Shown: piece by piece, positions 31,296 through 42,387 of the stretch | Position numbering within the stretch: the stretch's first letter is position 1 | Layout of the letters: each line of letters begins with the position of its first letter | Assembly: GCA_965203915.1 (NCBI GenBank) | Contig: OZ241918.1 | Location: 430,642 to 494,641, forward strand | DNA: 64,000 nucleotides | Source of the DNA: Alphaproteobacteria bacterium | Lineage (GTDB): Bacteria > Pseudomonadota > Alphaproteobacteria > JASGCL01 | Reading direction: 5' to 3' | Translations under genes and position numbers: made by a program | Notes under the pieces: model-generated | The model's database searches: none | The model's input: the letters and a program-made list of their open reading frames with translations, nothing else | What the model was told of the DNA's origin: nothing

Positions 31296-34200
31296 ATCAA
31301 CCGATGATATTCTTGGATCGATTTCACGGTGGTTGGGCGGGCGGTGGCGGCGACGACTTGGGCCATGGCGCGGATGGTGGTGAAGTAAGGAATATGATTT
31401 TTCACCGCCAGGGCGCGGATGGTTTTGGCGTCGCCGCGGCTGGTGCGGCCCGCCATGGTGTTGAATATCATGGCTATTTCTTTTTTCATTAATAATGCCA
31501 ACACCGATGAAGTTTTTTCTTTTTGTTGGCTGATTTTATTCAACAGGGTGATGTTCGTCACGCCACCCGCGGTCAATGCCGCCGCCGTGCCCGCCGTGGC
31601 GCAAATGGTGAAACCCTGGGCCTGTAATTTTTTGGCAAGGGGCAGGATGGCGGGTTTATCTTCGTCCTTCACCGATATGAAAACATTGCCTTTGTCGGGA
31701 ATGCCCGCCCCCGCCGCCAATTGCGATTTGGCAAAGGACGCCGACAGGGTTCTGTCTATCCCCATCACTTCCCCCGTTGAACGCATTTCAGGGCCAAGGG
31801 CGACCTCCGCCCCCCTGATATTATTGCTATCAGAAAAATTGATAAAGCGGTCGAAGGGGAAAACCGCTTCCTTGACCGAAACAAATGGCAAGGCCTGCAT
31901 CTGCTTCACCGATAATGGTCGGGGTAGGTTTTGTAATTTTTCTCCCGCCATCACCCTCGCCCCCATTTCGGCCAGGGGATAACCCGTTGCCTTGGCAACG
32001 AATGGCGCGGTGCGGCTGGCGCGGGGATTCATTTCCAGGATAAAAATATTGGTGTAATCGCCAGCGTTATCTTTGGTGATGGCAAATTGAATATTCATCA
32101 AGCCCTTTACTTGTAATTCTTTGCCAAGCGCGATGGTTTGTTGTTCGATTTGTTGCAATGTTTTTTCCGACAGAGAAAAACTTGGCAAGGCGCAAGCCGA
32201 ATCGCCCGAATGGACGCCAGCCTCCTCTATATGTTCCATAATCCCCGCCACCAAAACTTCATCACCATCGGCGATGGCGTCGACATCAATTTCGATGGCG
32301 TCGCTTAGGTATTTGTCGATGAGCACGGGGTGTTGCTTAAAGCCATCGAGCGATGCCATCATGACCTCGTCAATAATTTTTTTAAAAGATTCTTCATCAT
32401 AGGCAATTTCCATCGCACGCCCACCCAACACAAATGATGGGCGCAACATAACGGGAAAGCCAATTTGTTTGGCAAATTTTAAGGCATCATCACGGTTGGT
32501 GGCGGTAAAATTGGCGGCCTGTTGCAATCCCAATTTATTCAGGGTTTTGTTATCCAGGGTTTTGCTGAAAAGTTTGCGGTCCTCGGCCAAATGAATCGCG
32601 TTCAAACTTGTTCCCAAAATCCTATATCCCGCATCCACAATATCCTGCGCCAATTTTAACGGGGTTTGCCCGCCATATTGCACTATCACGCCCAACACTT
32701 CGCCCCGCTCCGATTCCTTATCCAAAATATTCAACACATGTTCTGCGGTCAGGGGTTCGAAATATAATCGGTCGGCGGTGTCGTAATCGGTCGACACGGT
32801 TTCGGGGTTGCAATTAATCATGATTGTTTCGTAGCCGTGTTTTTTTAACGACAGGGCGGCATGGACGCAGGCATAATCAAATTCAATCCCCTGGCCAATG
32901 CGGTTGGGCCCGCCGCCCAAGATGACAATTTTTTTGCGGTTGGAAACATCGGCCTCGTCTTCGCCTGGTTCATACTTACCATCGACAAAATGCCCCTCGT
33001 AAGAAGAATAAAGATAAGGCGTGGGCGATGGGAATTCCCCCGCGCAGGAATCGATACGTTTGAAAACGGGGGCGATGCCAAGGGATTTGCGGCACTGACG
33101 AAGGCCTTTCTCTGTCACCCAATTCTTATCGCCAGAATAACCAGGCAACTTGTTAAAATCATACATTAACTTACTGATGGTGGCGTCGGTGTAACCGCCC
33201 TTTTTTAATGCCAAAAATTGTTCGATGGTTATCGGTGGTTTTGGACTTTTGCTGATATTTATCATCGATTCCCTTGGCTCCATACCGACAATTTCCTTTA
33301 TCTGTTGCAAAAACCATTTGTCGATATTGGTTAATTCATAAATGTTTTCTATCGATTCGCCAACGAGAAAGGCCGATGCAACATGATAGATACGGTCAGG
33401 CGTTGGCCGCGATAATAATTCTTGCCAATCCACGCCGTCCCGCCAATGAAATTGGCGTTCTTTGGGGGCATGGGGAATATCCCCAGGCACTATTTTTTCT
33501 TTGATATCGGTTAGTTGCCAACCGCTGGCCGATGGCGTCTCCAAACTGGCGATGGCCTTCATAAAACTTTCTTTAAAATTTCTGCCAATCGCCATCACTT
33601 CGCCGACCGACTTCATGGTGGTGGTCAATGTATCATCCGCGCCCTTAAATTTTTCAAATGCAAAACGCGGAATTTTTGTCACCACATAATCCAACGTTGG
33701 TTCAAAACTGGCGGGAATTTTTCCACCCGTGATGTCGTTGGGCAATTCATCCAATGTATAACCCACCGCCAACAACGCCGCCACCTTGGCAATGGGGAAT
33801 CCCGTTGCCTTCGACGCCAATGCCGACGACCGCGAAACCCGTGGATTCATTTCAATCACCACCATCTCGCCATTCTTCGGGTTGATGGCAAATTGCACAT
33901 TGGACCCGCCAGTCTCAACCCCAATTTCGCGCAACACCGCCAAACTGGCAAGGCGCATGGCTTGGTATTCTTTGTCGGTAAGGGTTAGGGCGGGGGCAAT
34001 GGTGATGGAATCGCCCGTATGCACCCCCATGGGGTCAAGGTTTTCTATCGAACAGATAATAATGGCGTTGTCGTTTTTATCGCGCACCACCTCCATCTCG
34101 AATTCCTTCCAACCCAACACCGACTGTTCCACCAACACCGAACCTTGACCATTGGTGGCAAGGTTGCTTTCTTGCAAGCCATAGGTAACCTTATCAAAAT

Positions 34201-34780
34201 ATTCTTGGGTGTGATGGGCAATGCCGCCGCCGCGCCCACCCAGGGTAAAACTGGGGCGAATGATGGCTGGCAAGCCAATTTTTTGTAATGCCTCCTTGGC
34301 ATCATCTTGATCCTTAACCAACATGGCGGCGGGGGTTTTTAACCCGATACGTTTCATGGCTTGGCGAAATTGTTCGCGGTCTTCGGCCATGTCAATCGCG
34401 GCGGGTCGCGCGCCAATTATTTCTATACCCAATTCTTCCAACACCCCATTTTTATGCAACGCCATGGCGGTGTTAAGGGCGGTTTGCCCGCCCATGGTGG
34501 GAAGCAGAACCATTTTTTCATCGGGGTGTAATTCTCTTTCGCGTTTTAAAATATCCGCAACAACCTCGGGCGTGATAGGTTCGATGTATGTCGCATCGGC
34601 CATGCTCGGGTCGGTCATGATGGTCGCGGGGTTGGAATTAACCAGGGCGATACGATACCCCTCCTGCTTCAATGCCTTGCAAGCCTGGGTGCCAGAATAA
34701 TCAAATTCGGTGGCCTGACCGATAACTATCGGTCCCGCGCCAATGATAAAAATGGCTGAGATGTCTTTTCTTCTGGGCAT
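31283..34780 (-). CDS. carB: Carbamoyl-phosphate synthase large subunit
   Basis: 1165 aa with duplicated ATP-grasp halves. N-terminus [18 protein letters not shown]. No carA adjacent. Confidence 0.95.
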   Translation of the reverse strand: MPRRKDISAIFIIGAGPIVIGQATEFDYSGTQACKALKQEGYRIALVNSNPATIMTDPSMADATYIEPITPEVVADILKRERELHPDEKMVLLPTMGGQTALNTAMALHKNGVLEELGIEIIGARPAAIDMAEDREQFRQAMKRIGLKTPAAMLVKDQDDAKEALQKIGLPAIIRPSFTLGGRGGGIAHHTQEYFDKVTYGLQESNLATNGQGSVLVEQSVLGWKEFEMEVVRDKNDNAIIICSIENLDPMGVHTGDSITIAPALTLTDKEYQAMRLASLAVLREIGVETGGSNVQFAINPKNGEMVVIEMNPRVSRSSALASKATGFPIAKVAALLAVGYTLDELPNDITGGKIPASFEPTLDYVVTKIPRFAFEKFKGADDTLTTTMKSVGEVMAIGRNFKESFMKAIASLETPSASGWQLTDIKEKIVPGDIPHAPKERQFHWRDGVDWQELLSRPTPDRIYHVASAFLVGESIENIYELTNIDKWFLQQIKEIVGMEPRESMINISKSPKPPITIEQFLALKKGGYTDATISKLMYDFNKLPGYSGDKNWVTEKGLRQCRKSLGIAPVFKRIDSCAGEFPSPTPYLYSSYEGHFVDGKYEPGEDEADVSNRKKIVILGGGPNRIGQGIEFDYACVHAALSLKKHGYETIMINCNPETVSTDYDTADRLYFEPLTAEHVLNILDKESERGEVLGVIVQYGGQTPLKLAQDIVDAGYRILGTSLNAIHLAEDRKLFSKTLDNKTLNKLGLQQAANFTATNRDDALKFAKQIGFPVMLRPSFVLGGRAMEIAYDEESFKKIIDEVMMASLDGFKQHPVLIDKYLSDAIEIDVDAIADGDEVLVAGIMEHIEEAGVHSGDSACALPSFSLSEKTLQQIEQQTIALGKELQVKGLMNIQFAITKDNAGDYTNIFILEMNPRASRTAPFVAKATGYPLAEMGARVMAGEKLQNLPRPLSVKQMQALPFVSVKEAVFPFDRFINFSDSNNIRGAEVALGPEMRSTGEVMGIDRTLSASFAKSQLAAGAGIPDKGNVFISVKDEDKPAILPLAKKLQAQGFTICATAGTAAALTAGGVTNITLLNKISQQKEKTSSVLALLMKKEIAMIFNTMAGRTSRGDAKTIRALAVKNHIPYFTTIRAMAQVVAATARPTTVKSIQEYHRLISDN
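31296..31349. repeat. Right 54-bp direct repeat; this is the authentic 3' end of carB (encodes ..[21 protein letters not shown])
   Basis: Read directly. Its partner is at 30452-30505. Confidence 0.95.
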
Positions 34781-34926
34781 GCAAGTTTAATGAATAAGAT
34801 TGATTCTAGGTAAGCGTCAAGTGTTGCTTTTGTATAAAAATACACAAAATGAAAGATGTTTTTTGTTAAGGTCTATATATCAGCGCAATATTAAATAGCA
34901 AGCCATATGGGTTTACCCAACCACGC

Positions 34927-36591
34927 TTGACAAGCGATTGTTTTTGTTTTTTAACAGGCAAGCCAAACAATCCCAACAAGTTGACGATGAACAAAGAGAT
35001 TAATAAAAGTCGTAAAAAAATGCCCGAGGCTTTATCGCCCCGCGCGTTGCAAGCCATTTTCGCGCCGCGTTATCGGTTGTTGAATATGTTGGCGCAATTA
35101 CGGCGCGGGGAAAAATTATCGTCAGAGGATGCACTTTATTACAGCCGCCTGTTGCCTGGCATGCCGTCTGACGAAAAACATAAACGCTTGGCAAGGTTGG
35201 AAGAACGTTGGGCCCCCGACAAAATAAAACAAGATATGGAATTGGTGGCGGATCTCCTTTCGCCCGATAAGCGTGATTTTATTGAACGTTGCAAAAAAAA
35301 AGACGCGATGTTGGATTTATCGTTTTTAGATTTTGAACCTCATGATATTATTTTTGAACAATCGCTTGATTTCCACCTGCCCATTTCTTTTTTGCATAGC
35401 GAATTTGGCGAAGTTTATGTGCAATGGGCGCGGTTTCAAAAAAAAGTAAATTTCCGCGCCGCGGTTTTTCATAAAAAAATTAAATTTATCGATTCGACAT
35501 TTGATAATATCGCCAATTTTGAATTTAGCGTTTTTCATAAAAAAGCGGAATTTTCAGGCATTTATTTTCACGACCGCGCGGTGTTTAATTTTGCCATTTT
35601 TGAAAATTATGTCAGTTTTAAAGGCTCGTCCTTTCATGCCCTGTTAATCGATGAATCGCATTTTTCTATCTTGCCCAACTTTCGCTATACTTTGTTCGAC
35701 AAACAAATAAGGTTTCATTCGGTTTACATCCCCGCGCCACACGAAAGTGTTGCGCACGACGACCGCAAAGAAAAATTGGCAAACCTGTCGGCGGCTGATA
35801 AAAGACGGCGCGATAAAAGCTACGAAGATAAATATCGCACCTTAAAAGAAATGGCGGCGGTCACCAACGACCATGTTCATGAACATGAATTTTATGGTTA
35901 TGAATTGGAATCAAAATGGTTGTTCAAAGAATTTATCGGCCGATGGGTGGCGTGGGTTGGCGCGCCATGGTTGTTTTTATTTTTCTTGATGGTGGAAAAA
36001 AATTTTTGGCCCTTGGTTATCTTGCCGTTATTTTTTGCTACCTTTACCTATTTACCAATTTTTATTATGGCGGAAGAATGGTTGCGCAAACACCTGCGCC
36101 ATGATGGCAAGGATGAAACCAATGTTTCCTCAACGGCTTCGCGTCATATGTTACAAATATTTGGGCAGAGGTTTTCTCATATCGTCTACCTCTATTTGTT
36201 GCGTATTTATTGGTTGTTTTCTTATTATGGGCAAAGTTTGGCGCGGCCCTTCCTGGGTTTTATTTTGCTGCCCTTTATTTTTGCCTTAAGTTATTGGCGG
36301 CCCGAAAAAAATGTTTCTTTCGATGATGCTTTCCATTTCTCCATCCTCAACATGATACCTGGCAACAGCCTCTTCCGATTTAATCATTTGGAATATTTGA
36401 AAGAAAAAATTTTTGGCGCGGCGGCTTCAACCACCATGGGCCAGGCACCGCGTTTCGAATCCCTCACCGTTACCTACCCCAAAGAAATTACTTTTGTTTA
36501 TGATACGTTGCTCCATGCCCAAGAATTCCTATCCCTGCTGTTTATTTTCTTGGTCGGGCTTGCCTTACGCAACAAATTTCGTATTGTGTAA
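34927..36591 (+). CDS. Pentapeptide-repeat (Phe-type) domain fused to a C-terminal polytopic membrane domain; hypothetical (alternative start 34987)
   Basis: 554 aa. Residues ~170-270 show an F every fifth residue (VNFRAAVFHKKIKFIDSTFDNIANFEFSVFHKKAEFSGIYFHDRAVFNFAIF..). The C-terminal 200 aa are hydrophobic helices. Confidence 0.55.
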   Translation: MTSDCFCFLTGKPNNPNKLTMNKEINKSRKKMPEALSPRALQAIFAPRYRLLNMLAQLRRGEKLSSEDALYYSRLLPGMPSDEKHKRLARLEERWAPDKIKQDMELVADLLSPDKRDFIERCKKKDAMLDLSFLDFEPHDIIFEQSLDFHLPISFLHSEFGEVYVQWARFQKKVNFRAAVFHKKIKFIDSTFDNIANFEFSVFHKKAEFSGIYFHDRAVFNFAIFENYVSFKGSSFHALLIDESHFSILPNFRYTLFDKQIRFHSVYIPAPHESVAHDDRKEKLANLSAADKRRRDKSYEDKYRTLKEMAAVTNDHVHEHEFYGYELESKWLFKEFIGRWVAWVGAPWLFLFFLMVEKNFWPLVILPLFFATFTYLPIFIMAEEWLRKHLRHDGKDETNVSSTASRHMLQIFGQRFSHIVYLYLLRIYWLFSYYGQSLARPFLGFILLPFIFALSYWRPEKNVSFDDAFHFSILNMIPGNSLFRFNHLEYLKEKIFGAAASTTMGQAPRFESLTVTYPKEITFVYDTLLHAQEFLSLLFIFLVGLALRNKFRIV

Positions 36592-36606
36592 TTTTTGTAA
36601 ATATTC

Positions 36607-37485
36607 ATGATGACAAGTATTTTATGTTTGGGCTTTGGGTTTTGCGCCAACGGGCTGTGGCATGATGCCCGCGAATATCCAGGCGCGATACAATTTTCCA
36701 TGGCGGCCAGTTATCGCGATGAAGAAAAAAAACATCTGTTGCAGCAAAAAAAAATAACCCCTTATTTGTTTGGCGATTCTTCCCTGACGACCGCCCTGGC
36801 GGAAAACGATGTCTGGCTTATCTCCGCCGCGCCTGGTGCTGACGGCGACCCCATGTTGGCGCGTTATGGCGACAGGGTGGAAAAATTAGCGGGTGAAAAA
36901 AAAATTATTTATCTTTCGACCACGGGGGTTTATGGCAACCACGACGGCGCATGGGTGGATGAAACCAGCATTTTAAAAGCCCAATCCCAACGCGGGCAAC
37001 GCAGGATAGATGCCGAGCAAGCGTGGCAAGGGCACGGTGCAACGATATTGCGGTTGGGCGGGATCTATGGCCCGTTGCTTGATGGCATGGGGCAAAATAC
37101 CTTGCAATCCATCCTTGACGGCACGGCGCGGCGTATCGAAAAAAATGGTCAAGTGTTTGGCAGGATTCATGTCGCCGATATAGCCCGCGCGATTGATAAG
37201 TTGTTGCAAAAAAATATCAAGGGCGAGGTTTTTAATTTGGTCGATGACGAACCCGCCAACCCGCGCGCGGTGGTGGATTATGGTTTTGCTTTGCTGGGGC
37301 GCGACCTGCCGCCGCTAGAAAATTTTGAAGAGGCCAAGCATAGCATGTCGCCGATGGCGCAAAGTTTTTTTGCCGATAACAAACGGGTTAGAAATGATAA
37401 ATGCAAAAAAATACTGGGCTGGCAACCGCAATACCCTAGCTACCGCGAAGGACTAACCATGATAAAAAATCGCATGACAACATGA
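36607..37485 (+). CDS. NAD(P)-binding Rossmann-fold protein, atypical SDR/epimerase-like
   Basis: 292 aa. Motifs ILCLGFG, ..YLSTTGVYG... The stop overlaps the truA start. Confidence 0.5.
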   Translation: MMTSILCLGFGFCANGLWHDAREYPGAIQFSMAASYRDEEKKHLLQQKKITPYLFGDSSLTTALAENDVWLISAAPGADGDPMLARYGDRVEKLAGEKKIIYLSTTGVYGNHDGAWVDETSILKAQSQRGQRRIDAEQAWQGHGATILRLGGIYGPLLDGMGQNTLQSILDGTARRIEKNGQVFGRIHVADIARAIDKLLQKNIKGEVFNLVDDEPANPRAVVDYGFALLGRDLPPLENFEEAKHSMSPMAQSFFADNKRVRNDKCKKILGWQPQYPSYREGLTMIKNRMTT

Positions 37486-38228
37486 CCCGATTCAGAATGA
37501 CGATTGCTTACAACGGCGCGCCCTACGTCGGATGGCAAAGACAAAAAAATGGTTTGTCGGTGCAAGAAATCATCGAACAGGCTATAGCCAAGATAGAAGG
37601 CACGCCCGTGATCATTCACGCCGCGGGCCGCACCGACAGCGGGGTGCATGCCCTGGGCCAGGTTATTTCTTTTGACATGGCGCGTTCTATAACGCCCGAA
37701 AAATTATTATTGGCGGTTAATTATTATTTGAAACCGCACCCCATCGGCGTCAGCGCATGCAGGGTGGTGGGCCATGATTTCCATGCCCGCTTTACCGCCA
37801 CGGGGCGCGATTATTTGTATCGGGTTTTTAACCGTGCCGCCCCCCCAGTGTTGGTGCGCGATTTGGTATGGCATGTTATCAAACCGTTGGATGTTGCCGC
37901 GATGCAACAGGGGGCAAGGTTCTTCCTCGGCAAGCATGATTTCACCAGCTTTCGCGCCAGCGAGTGCCAGGCACCATCGCCGATTAAAACCATCGAGAAA
38001 GCCGACATTGTAGCACGCGGCGATGAGATAGAATTCTTTTTTTCGGCGCGTTCATTTTTGCATCATCAAGTTCGCAACATGGTGGGCACCCTGGTCGAAA
38101 TTGGCAAGGGGATGAGGCAACCCGAAGCGGTGAAAGAAATATTATTAGCAAAAGATAGAAAGGTGGCGGGCGTTACCGCCCCCGCGACAGGTTTATGTTT
38201 GATGAAAGTGCATTATGACGCCCGTTGA
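37482..38228 (+). CDS. truA: tRNA pseudouridine(38-40) synthase
   Basis: 248 aa. Catalytic motif GRTDSGVHALGQV. Confidence 0.9.
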   Translation: MTRFRMTIAYNGAPYVGWQRQKNGLSVQEIIEQAIAKIEGTPVIIHAAGRTDSGVHALGQVISFDMARSITPEKLLLAVNYYLKPHPIGVSACRVVGHDFHARFTATGRDYLYRVFNRAAPPVLVRDLVWHVIKPLDVAAMQQGARFFLGKHDFTSFRASECQAPSPIKTIEKADIVARGDEIEFFFSARSFLHHQVRNMVGTLVEIGKGMRQPEAVKEILLAKDRKVAGVTAPATGLCLMKVHYDAR

Positions 38229-39415
38229 TATTTGCCCTTCTTATTTTTTATGGCCAGGGCGAATAATTGCGCCAATTGTTCCTGTTTATCAATCAAAGAG
38301 AATTTTTCGATAACGGTTTGGCGGGCATGTTCGCCCATGATTATTTTTTGTTCGCGGGTCAAACGTAGCGCGTTTATGATAACCCCCGCCAAGGAAGTCG
38401 ACGAATCGGCGACGAATAAAAAACCATTGGTATCATGCTGGATCTGCTCCAACGCGGCACCATGGTTGGGGGCGATAACTATTTTTTTGCATGCCATAGC
38501 CTCCACCGTTGTGCGACCAAAACTTTCGGGGCGGCGACTGGCATTAACCACCATGGTCGACAATTCATAAAACGGTAACATATCATCTTGGTAAGGCAAA
38601 AAACCAACCGATGTTGATAAACCATGTTGATGAACCAGCCGTTGCAATTTTTTTATCACCCACGGGCGACCCACCGATTGTAATAACACCACCACATTAT
38701 CACATTGCGCGCGCATAGCCTTGTTACGCCATAATTCGATGAATGTTTTGACCAAGAACCATTGCCCTTTAAGGTATGAAACGCGACCAGGCATAAAAAT
38801 AACCCGAGGGTTTTGATAATGGGGAAAGATATTTTGCAGCTGTTGTTTGGCGTCAGCCAGCATAGCAGGGGCGATAGCCGCGGGGGAATTCTTCTTTTCA
38901 TCCACCCCGCCATAAATAACCACGATAGGATTCTTTGGTCTATAAATTTCTTTGATATGTTTTTGAACAAACCCGCTGACGGCATGAATAATATCGCCGT
39001 GCGTCATCACCGCGTTATATATTTTTTTTAAGAAAGAATGATAGCCGCTGTAAACCCCATGGAAACCCGTGACGAACGGCACGCCAAACCACCTTGCCAA
39101 TAAAAATCCATACCAGGCAGGAAGGCGACTGCCCGCATAAACCACATCTATTTTCTGCTTGCTGAATATTTTATACAACGACCAAAGAATGGCGGGCGGG
39201 AAATAACGCCGCCATGTTCTTTTAAAGGGAACGAAGACGTGCCTTGCGCCGATGGCTTTTAACAGCGGCACCATGGCACCGCCCGACGAAGCCACCAAAA
39301 CCCGTCCGCCCGCTTTGATGACGGCTTGGGCAGCATCTATTGTAAATCCTTCCACCCCGCCCGCATTCATTGCAGGAATTAAAAATAAAATTGTTTTATT
39401 TCTTAATAGGGCCAT
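38213..39415 (-). CDS. Glycosyltransferase family 4 (GT-B)
   Basis: About 400 aa. C-terminal E..G motifs (RPESFGRTTVEAMA). ORF extends to 39454. Confidence 0.75.
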   Translation of the reverse strand: MALLRNKTILFLIPAMNAGGVEGFTIDAAQAVIKAGGRVLVASSGGAMVPLLKAIGARHVFVPFKRTWRRYFPPAILWSLYKIFSKQKIDVVYAGSRLPAWYGFLLARWFGVPFVTGFHGVYSGYHSFLKKIYNAVMTHGDIIHAVSGFVQKHIKEIYRPKNPIVVIYGGVDEKKNSPAAIAPAMLADAKQQLQNIFPHYQNPRVIFMPGRVSYLKGQWFLVKTFIELWRNKAMRAQCDNVVVLLQSVGRPWVIKKLQRLVHQHGLSTSVGFLPYQDDMLPFYELSTMVVNASRRPESFGRTTVEAMACKKIVIAPNHGAALEQIQHDTNGFLFVADSSTSLAGVIINALRLTREQKIIMGEHARQTVIEKFSLIDKQEQLAQLFALAIKNKKGKYQRAS

Positions 39416-39899
39416 TATTATTTTGCGATGGGTTGTTTTGTCCCCCAACGGCATTGAGCACGAAAATAGCGCGCCCGATCATGTCTTCCAGCGATGGTTG
39501 GCTGGCGGTTCTTTCGAATGTCGCCCCCGCGGCCAGCGGTTCGGGCGCGTTGCCTTGCTCAATTTTTATTTCGGGCGCGCCCAATAATCCTGACGCACCA
39601 ACCACCAACAAACTATCTTTGGGTAATTTGATATTTTGTTTTATCTGAAGTTCTAATTCGGCGCGATAGGTTTGCGCATTAAGGGTTTTGCTTTTTACCT
39701 GGCCAATTTTTATGCCCGCCATTTTCACGGGGCTGCCCGCGTCAATCCCCGCCGCGCTATCCAACGAAGCCTTGACGATGTAATATTGATTACCAAAAAG
39801 GTCGGACTTATCGCGCCATAATTGCCAGCCAAAGGCCAGGGCCAAAATCAATAGGCCCGCACCCAAAATAATCTCTAACGAGCTGTGTTTTATTTTCAT
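39396..39899 (-). CDS. MCE-domain protein (MlaD-like)
   Basis: 167 aa. N-terminal TM then MCE domain (YYIVKASLDSAAGIDAGSPVKMAGIKIGQV). Confidence 0.7.
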   Translation of the reverse strand: MKIKHSSLEIILGAGLLILALAFGWQLWRDKSDLFGNQYYIVKASLDSAAGIDAGSPVKMAGIKIGQVKSKTLNAQTYRAELELQIKQNIKLPKDSLLVVGASGLLGAPEIKIEQGNAPEPLAAGATFERTASQPSLEDMIGRAIFVLNAVGGQNNPSQNNNGPIKK

Positions 39900-39908
39900 G
39901 TTGTATTT

Positions 39909-40400
39909 CTAAGGTGTGTTTTTATTTATATTTGTTTTGGCTTCAGCCCGTTGTAGCACCAACAAAAGTAATTTTTCAATGGCTACCGAACCTGATGTAT
40001 AGATAATTTCATTGCCATTGGCAAGGTTGGCGAAGCTGCCCCCTGGGGTGATGTTGATAACCTTCGGCTGGCTTAGGCCGTAAGAAACAATGGCGAAGGT
40101 GCTGTCATCGGCCAGGTTTAAATTGTTTTTCACCGCCATGGTTAATTGCGCCCTGTTTTTATCGGTTAGGTATTTTATGTCGCACACCGTGCCCACGGGG
40201 GTGCCCGCCAGCAATATGGGGGTGCCGCGTTTCACCCCCTCAACCGATGAAAAATTTCCCTTCAACAACATGCGCCCCGCCATGTCGCATTTGCCGACCC
40301 GGGCTAAACCAATATAACCCGCCAGCACCACCGCAACAATGACAGACAGCCCCAAGAATCTTAAACGAAACAATTGTAAAAATTGACGAGGGCTGAACAT
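39909..40400 (-). CDS. Second MCE-domain protein (paralogue)
   Basis: 163 aa. N-terminal TM plus MCE-like domain (GTPILLAGTPVGTVCDI). Confidence 0.6.
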   Translation of the reverse strand: MFSPRQFLQLFRLRFLGLSVIVAVVLAGYIGLARVGKCDMAGRMLLKGNFSSVEGVKRGTPILLAGTPVGTVCDIKYLTDKNRAQLTMAVKNNLNLADDSTFAIVSYGLSQPKVINITPGGSFANLANGNEIIYTSGSVAIEKLLLLVLQRAEAKTNINKNTP

Positions 40401-40405
40401 TATTT

Positions 40406-40774
40406 TTATTTATTATTTTGCGATGGTTTTTTGGTGGGCGACCAGGGTTGATAATCGCCCGTGGCGGGGGCGCGGGTGGGGCGGTATGCCATGCGACTGC
40501 CCGATAAATTGGGGCGATGCGGTTTTTGATAAAAGGCGCGAAAGCTTGTCTTAACATCGGCGGGCATGGGGAATTCATCCACCGTGTAATGCATCCAACC
40601 ATGATATTCGGGCGGGATAAGACTGGCGTCAGTTTGATTTTTATAAATAACAAAACGTTTGATACGCCCCCATGGGTCGGGGCGGCGGCGTTGATAATAA
40701 CGGTTGCCAAATTGGTCTTGGCCAACAAAGCGGCTGTCGAAAATACGGATAAGATGGGTAAGGGTATTGGCCAT
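40406..40774 (-). CDS. NADH:ubiquinone oxidoreductase subunit NDUFA12-family protein (bacterial homologue)
   Basis: 122 aa. RYYQRRRPDPWGRIKRFVIY and YHGWMHYT motifs typical of the NDUFA12 family. Confidence 0.7.
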   Translation of the reverse strand: MANTLTHLIRIFDSRFVGQDQFGNRYYQRRRPDPWGRIKRFVIYKNQTDASLIPPEYHGWMHYTVDEFPMPADVKTSFRAFYQKPHRPNLSGSRMAYRPTRAPATGDYQPWSPTKKPSQNNK

Positions 40775-40956
40775 TTTTTTTAAGGGAAAGTTAGTCTGGG
40801 GTTAGGAAAAAAAATCGTAGCGATGGGGTTTAAAAAATAATGGACTTGGTTAAGGCATATTTTTAAAAATATTGCGTTCTTATCCTTTATAGCGAAAAAA
40901 ACCGAGCTTGTCATTAGCTTTTGATAAATGTAATAATGTGTGATAGAGCGGGACGA

Positions 40957-42387
40957 ATGCATTTATCGGTTTTTGATTTGTTTAAAGTGGGGATTGGGCC
41001 TTCCAGTTCTCATACCGTGGGGCCCATGGTCGCCGCGAAACGTTTTGTTACCGACCTTAGCACGCAAAAAAAATTGTTTGACGTTGCTAGCGTCACGGTG
41101 AAATTATATGGGTCCTTGGCCCTGACGGGTTTGGGCCACGCGACTGACCGTGCCATTGTGCTGGGTTTAATGGGCGAACGCCCCGATGAAACCGACCCGA
41201 ATTTGGTCGAAGAAAAAATCAAAACCTTGAAAGAAAAAAAACATCTATTGTTGGATGGCGAGCACGATATAGAATTTGTCTATGAAAAAAATTTGGATTT
41301 TCGTTATGGCGAGTTTAAAGAAAAACATTCCAACACCATGGAATTCATTGCCACCGACAAACAGGGTCAGGAATTATTTCGTGATACCTATTATTCAGTT
41401 GGCGGCGGTTTTGTATTAAGCGATGAAGAATTTGAACGCGGCACCAGCAATGTGGCGGCGGCCGCCAATTTAACCGTGCCGAATATTTTTAATAATGGCG
41501 AGGAGTTATTAAACATCGCCAAAAAAAAGAACATGACCATCGCCGAGGTGTTGATGGAAAATGAATTAACCTGGCGCAAGAAAGAGGATATTGAAAAGGG
41601 CATAGATAAAATTTGGGCGGTGATGGAAGCCTGCATCCAGCGTGGTATAAGCCAAGAGGGGATATTGCCTGGCGGCCTTAATATTCGGCGCCGTGCCAAG
41701 CAGATAGCCGACAATTTGGATAGGTCGAATCAAGAAATAAAAATGAAATTAGGGGCTATCAATTTGGAAGATATTCCGATGAAGACGATGGATTGGGTTA
41801 ATGTTTTTGCTTTGGCAGTTAACGAGGAAAATGCAGCGGGTGGGCGCGTTGTCACCGCCCCCACCAATGGGGCGGCGGGGGTTATACCCGCGGTGATGGC
41901 CTATTATCATCGCTTTGTCCCAGGGGGGAAGGATGTAAAAAACCTTCGTATTTTTATGTTAACCGCGGCGGCGATAGGGATGCTGTATAAAAAAAATGCC
42001 TCCATTTCCGCGGCGGAGGTTGGATGCCAAGGCGAAGTTGGCGTGGCATGTTCGATGGCGGCGGCGGGTTTGACGGCGGCGATGGGCGGCACGATGGACC
42101 AAGTGGAAAATGCCGCCGAAATTGGCATGGAACATAATTTGGGGCTGACTTGCGACCCTATCAATGGTTTGGTTCAGGTGCCGTGCATCGAGCGCAACAC
42201 CATGGGGGCGGTGAAGGCCATCAATGCGTCGCGCCTGGCCCTGCATGGCGATGGCACGCATTTGGTGTCGTTGGATAAAGTCATTGAAACCATGATGGAG
42301 ACAGGCAAAGACATGTTGCATAAATACAAAGAAACATCCGAAGGCGGCTTAGCCACCAAGGTTTCGGTTGCCTTACCAGAATGTTAG
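40957..42387 (+). CDS. sdaA: L-serine dehydratase (Fe-S, single chain)
   Basis: N-terminus [27 protein letters not shown] extends upstream to 40921. Confidence 0.9.
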   Translation: MHLSVFDLFKVGIGPSSSHTVGPMVAAKRFVTDLSTQKKLFDVASVTVKLYGSLALTGLGHATDRAIVLGLMGERPDETDPNLVEEKIKTLKEKKHLLLDGEHDIEFVYEKNLDFRYGEFKEKHSNTMEFIATDKQGQELFRDTYYSVGGGFVLSDEEFERGTSNVAAAANLTVPNIFNNGEELLNIAKKKNMTIAEVLMENELTWRKKEDIEKGIDKIWAVMEACIQRGISQEGILPGGLNIRRRAKQIADNLDRSNQEIKMKLGAINLEDIPMKTMDWVNVFALAVNEENAAGGRVVTAPTNGAAGVIPAVMAYYHRFVPGGKDVKNLRIFMLTAAAIGMLYKKNASISAAEVGCQGEVGVACSMAAAGLTAAMGGTMDQVENAAEIGMEHNLGLTCDPINGLVQVPCIERNTMGAVKAINASRLALHGDGTHLVSLDKVIETMMETGKDMLHKYKETSEGGLATKVSVALPEC

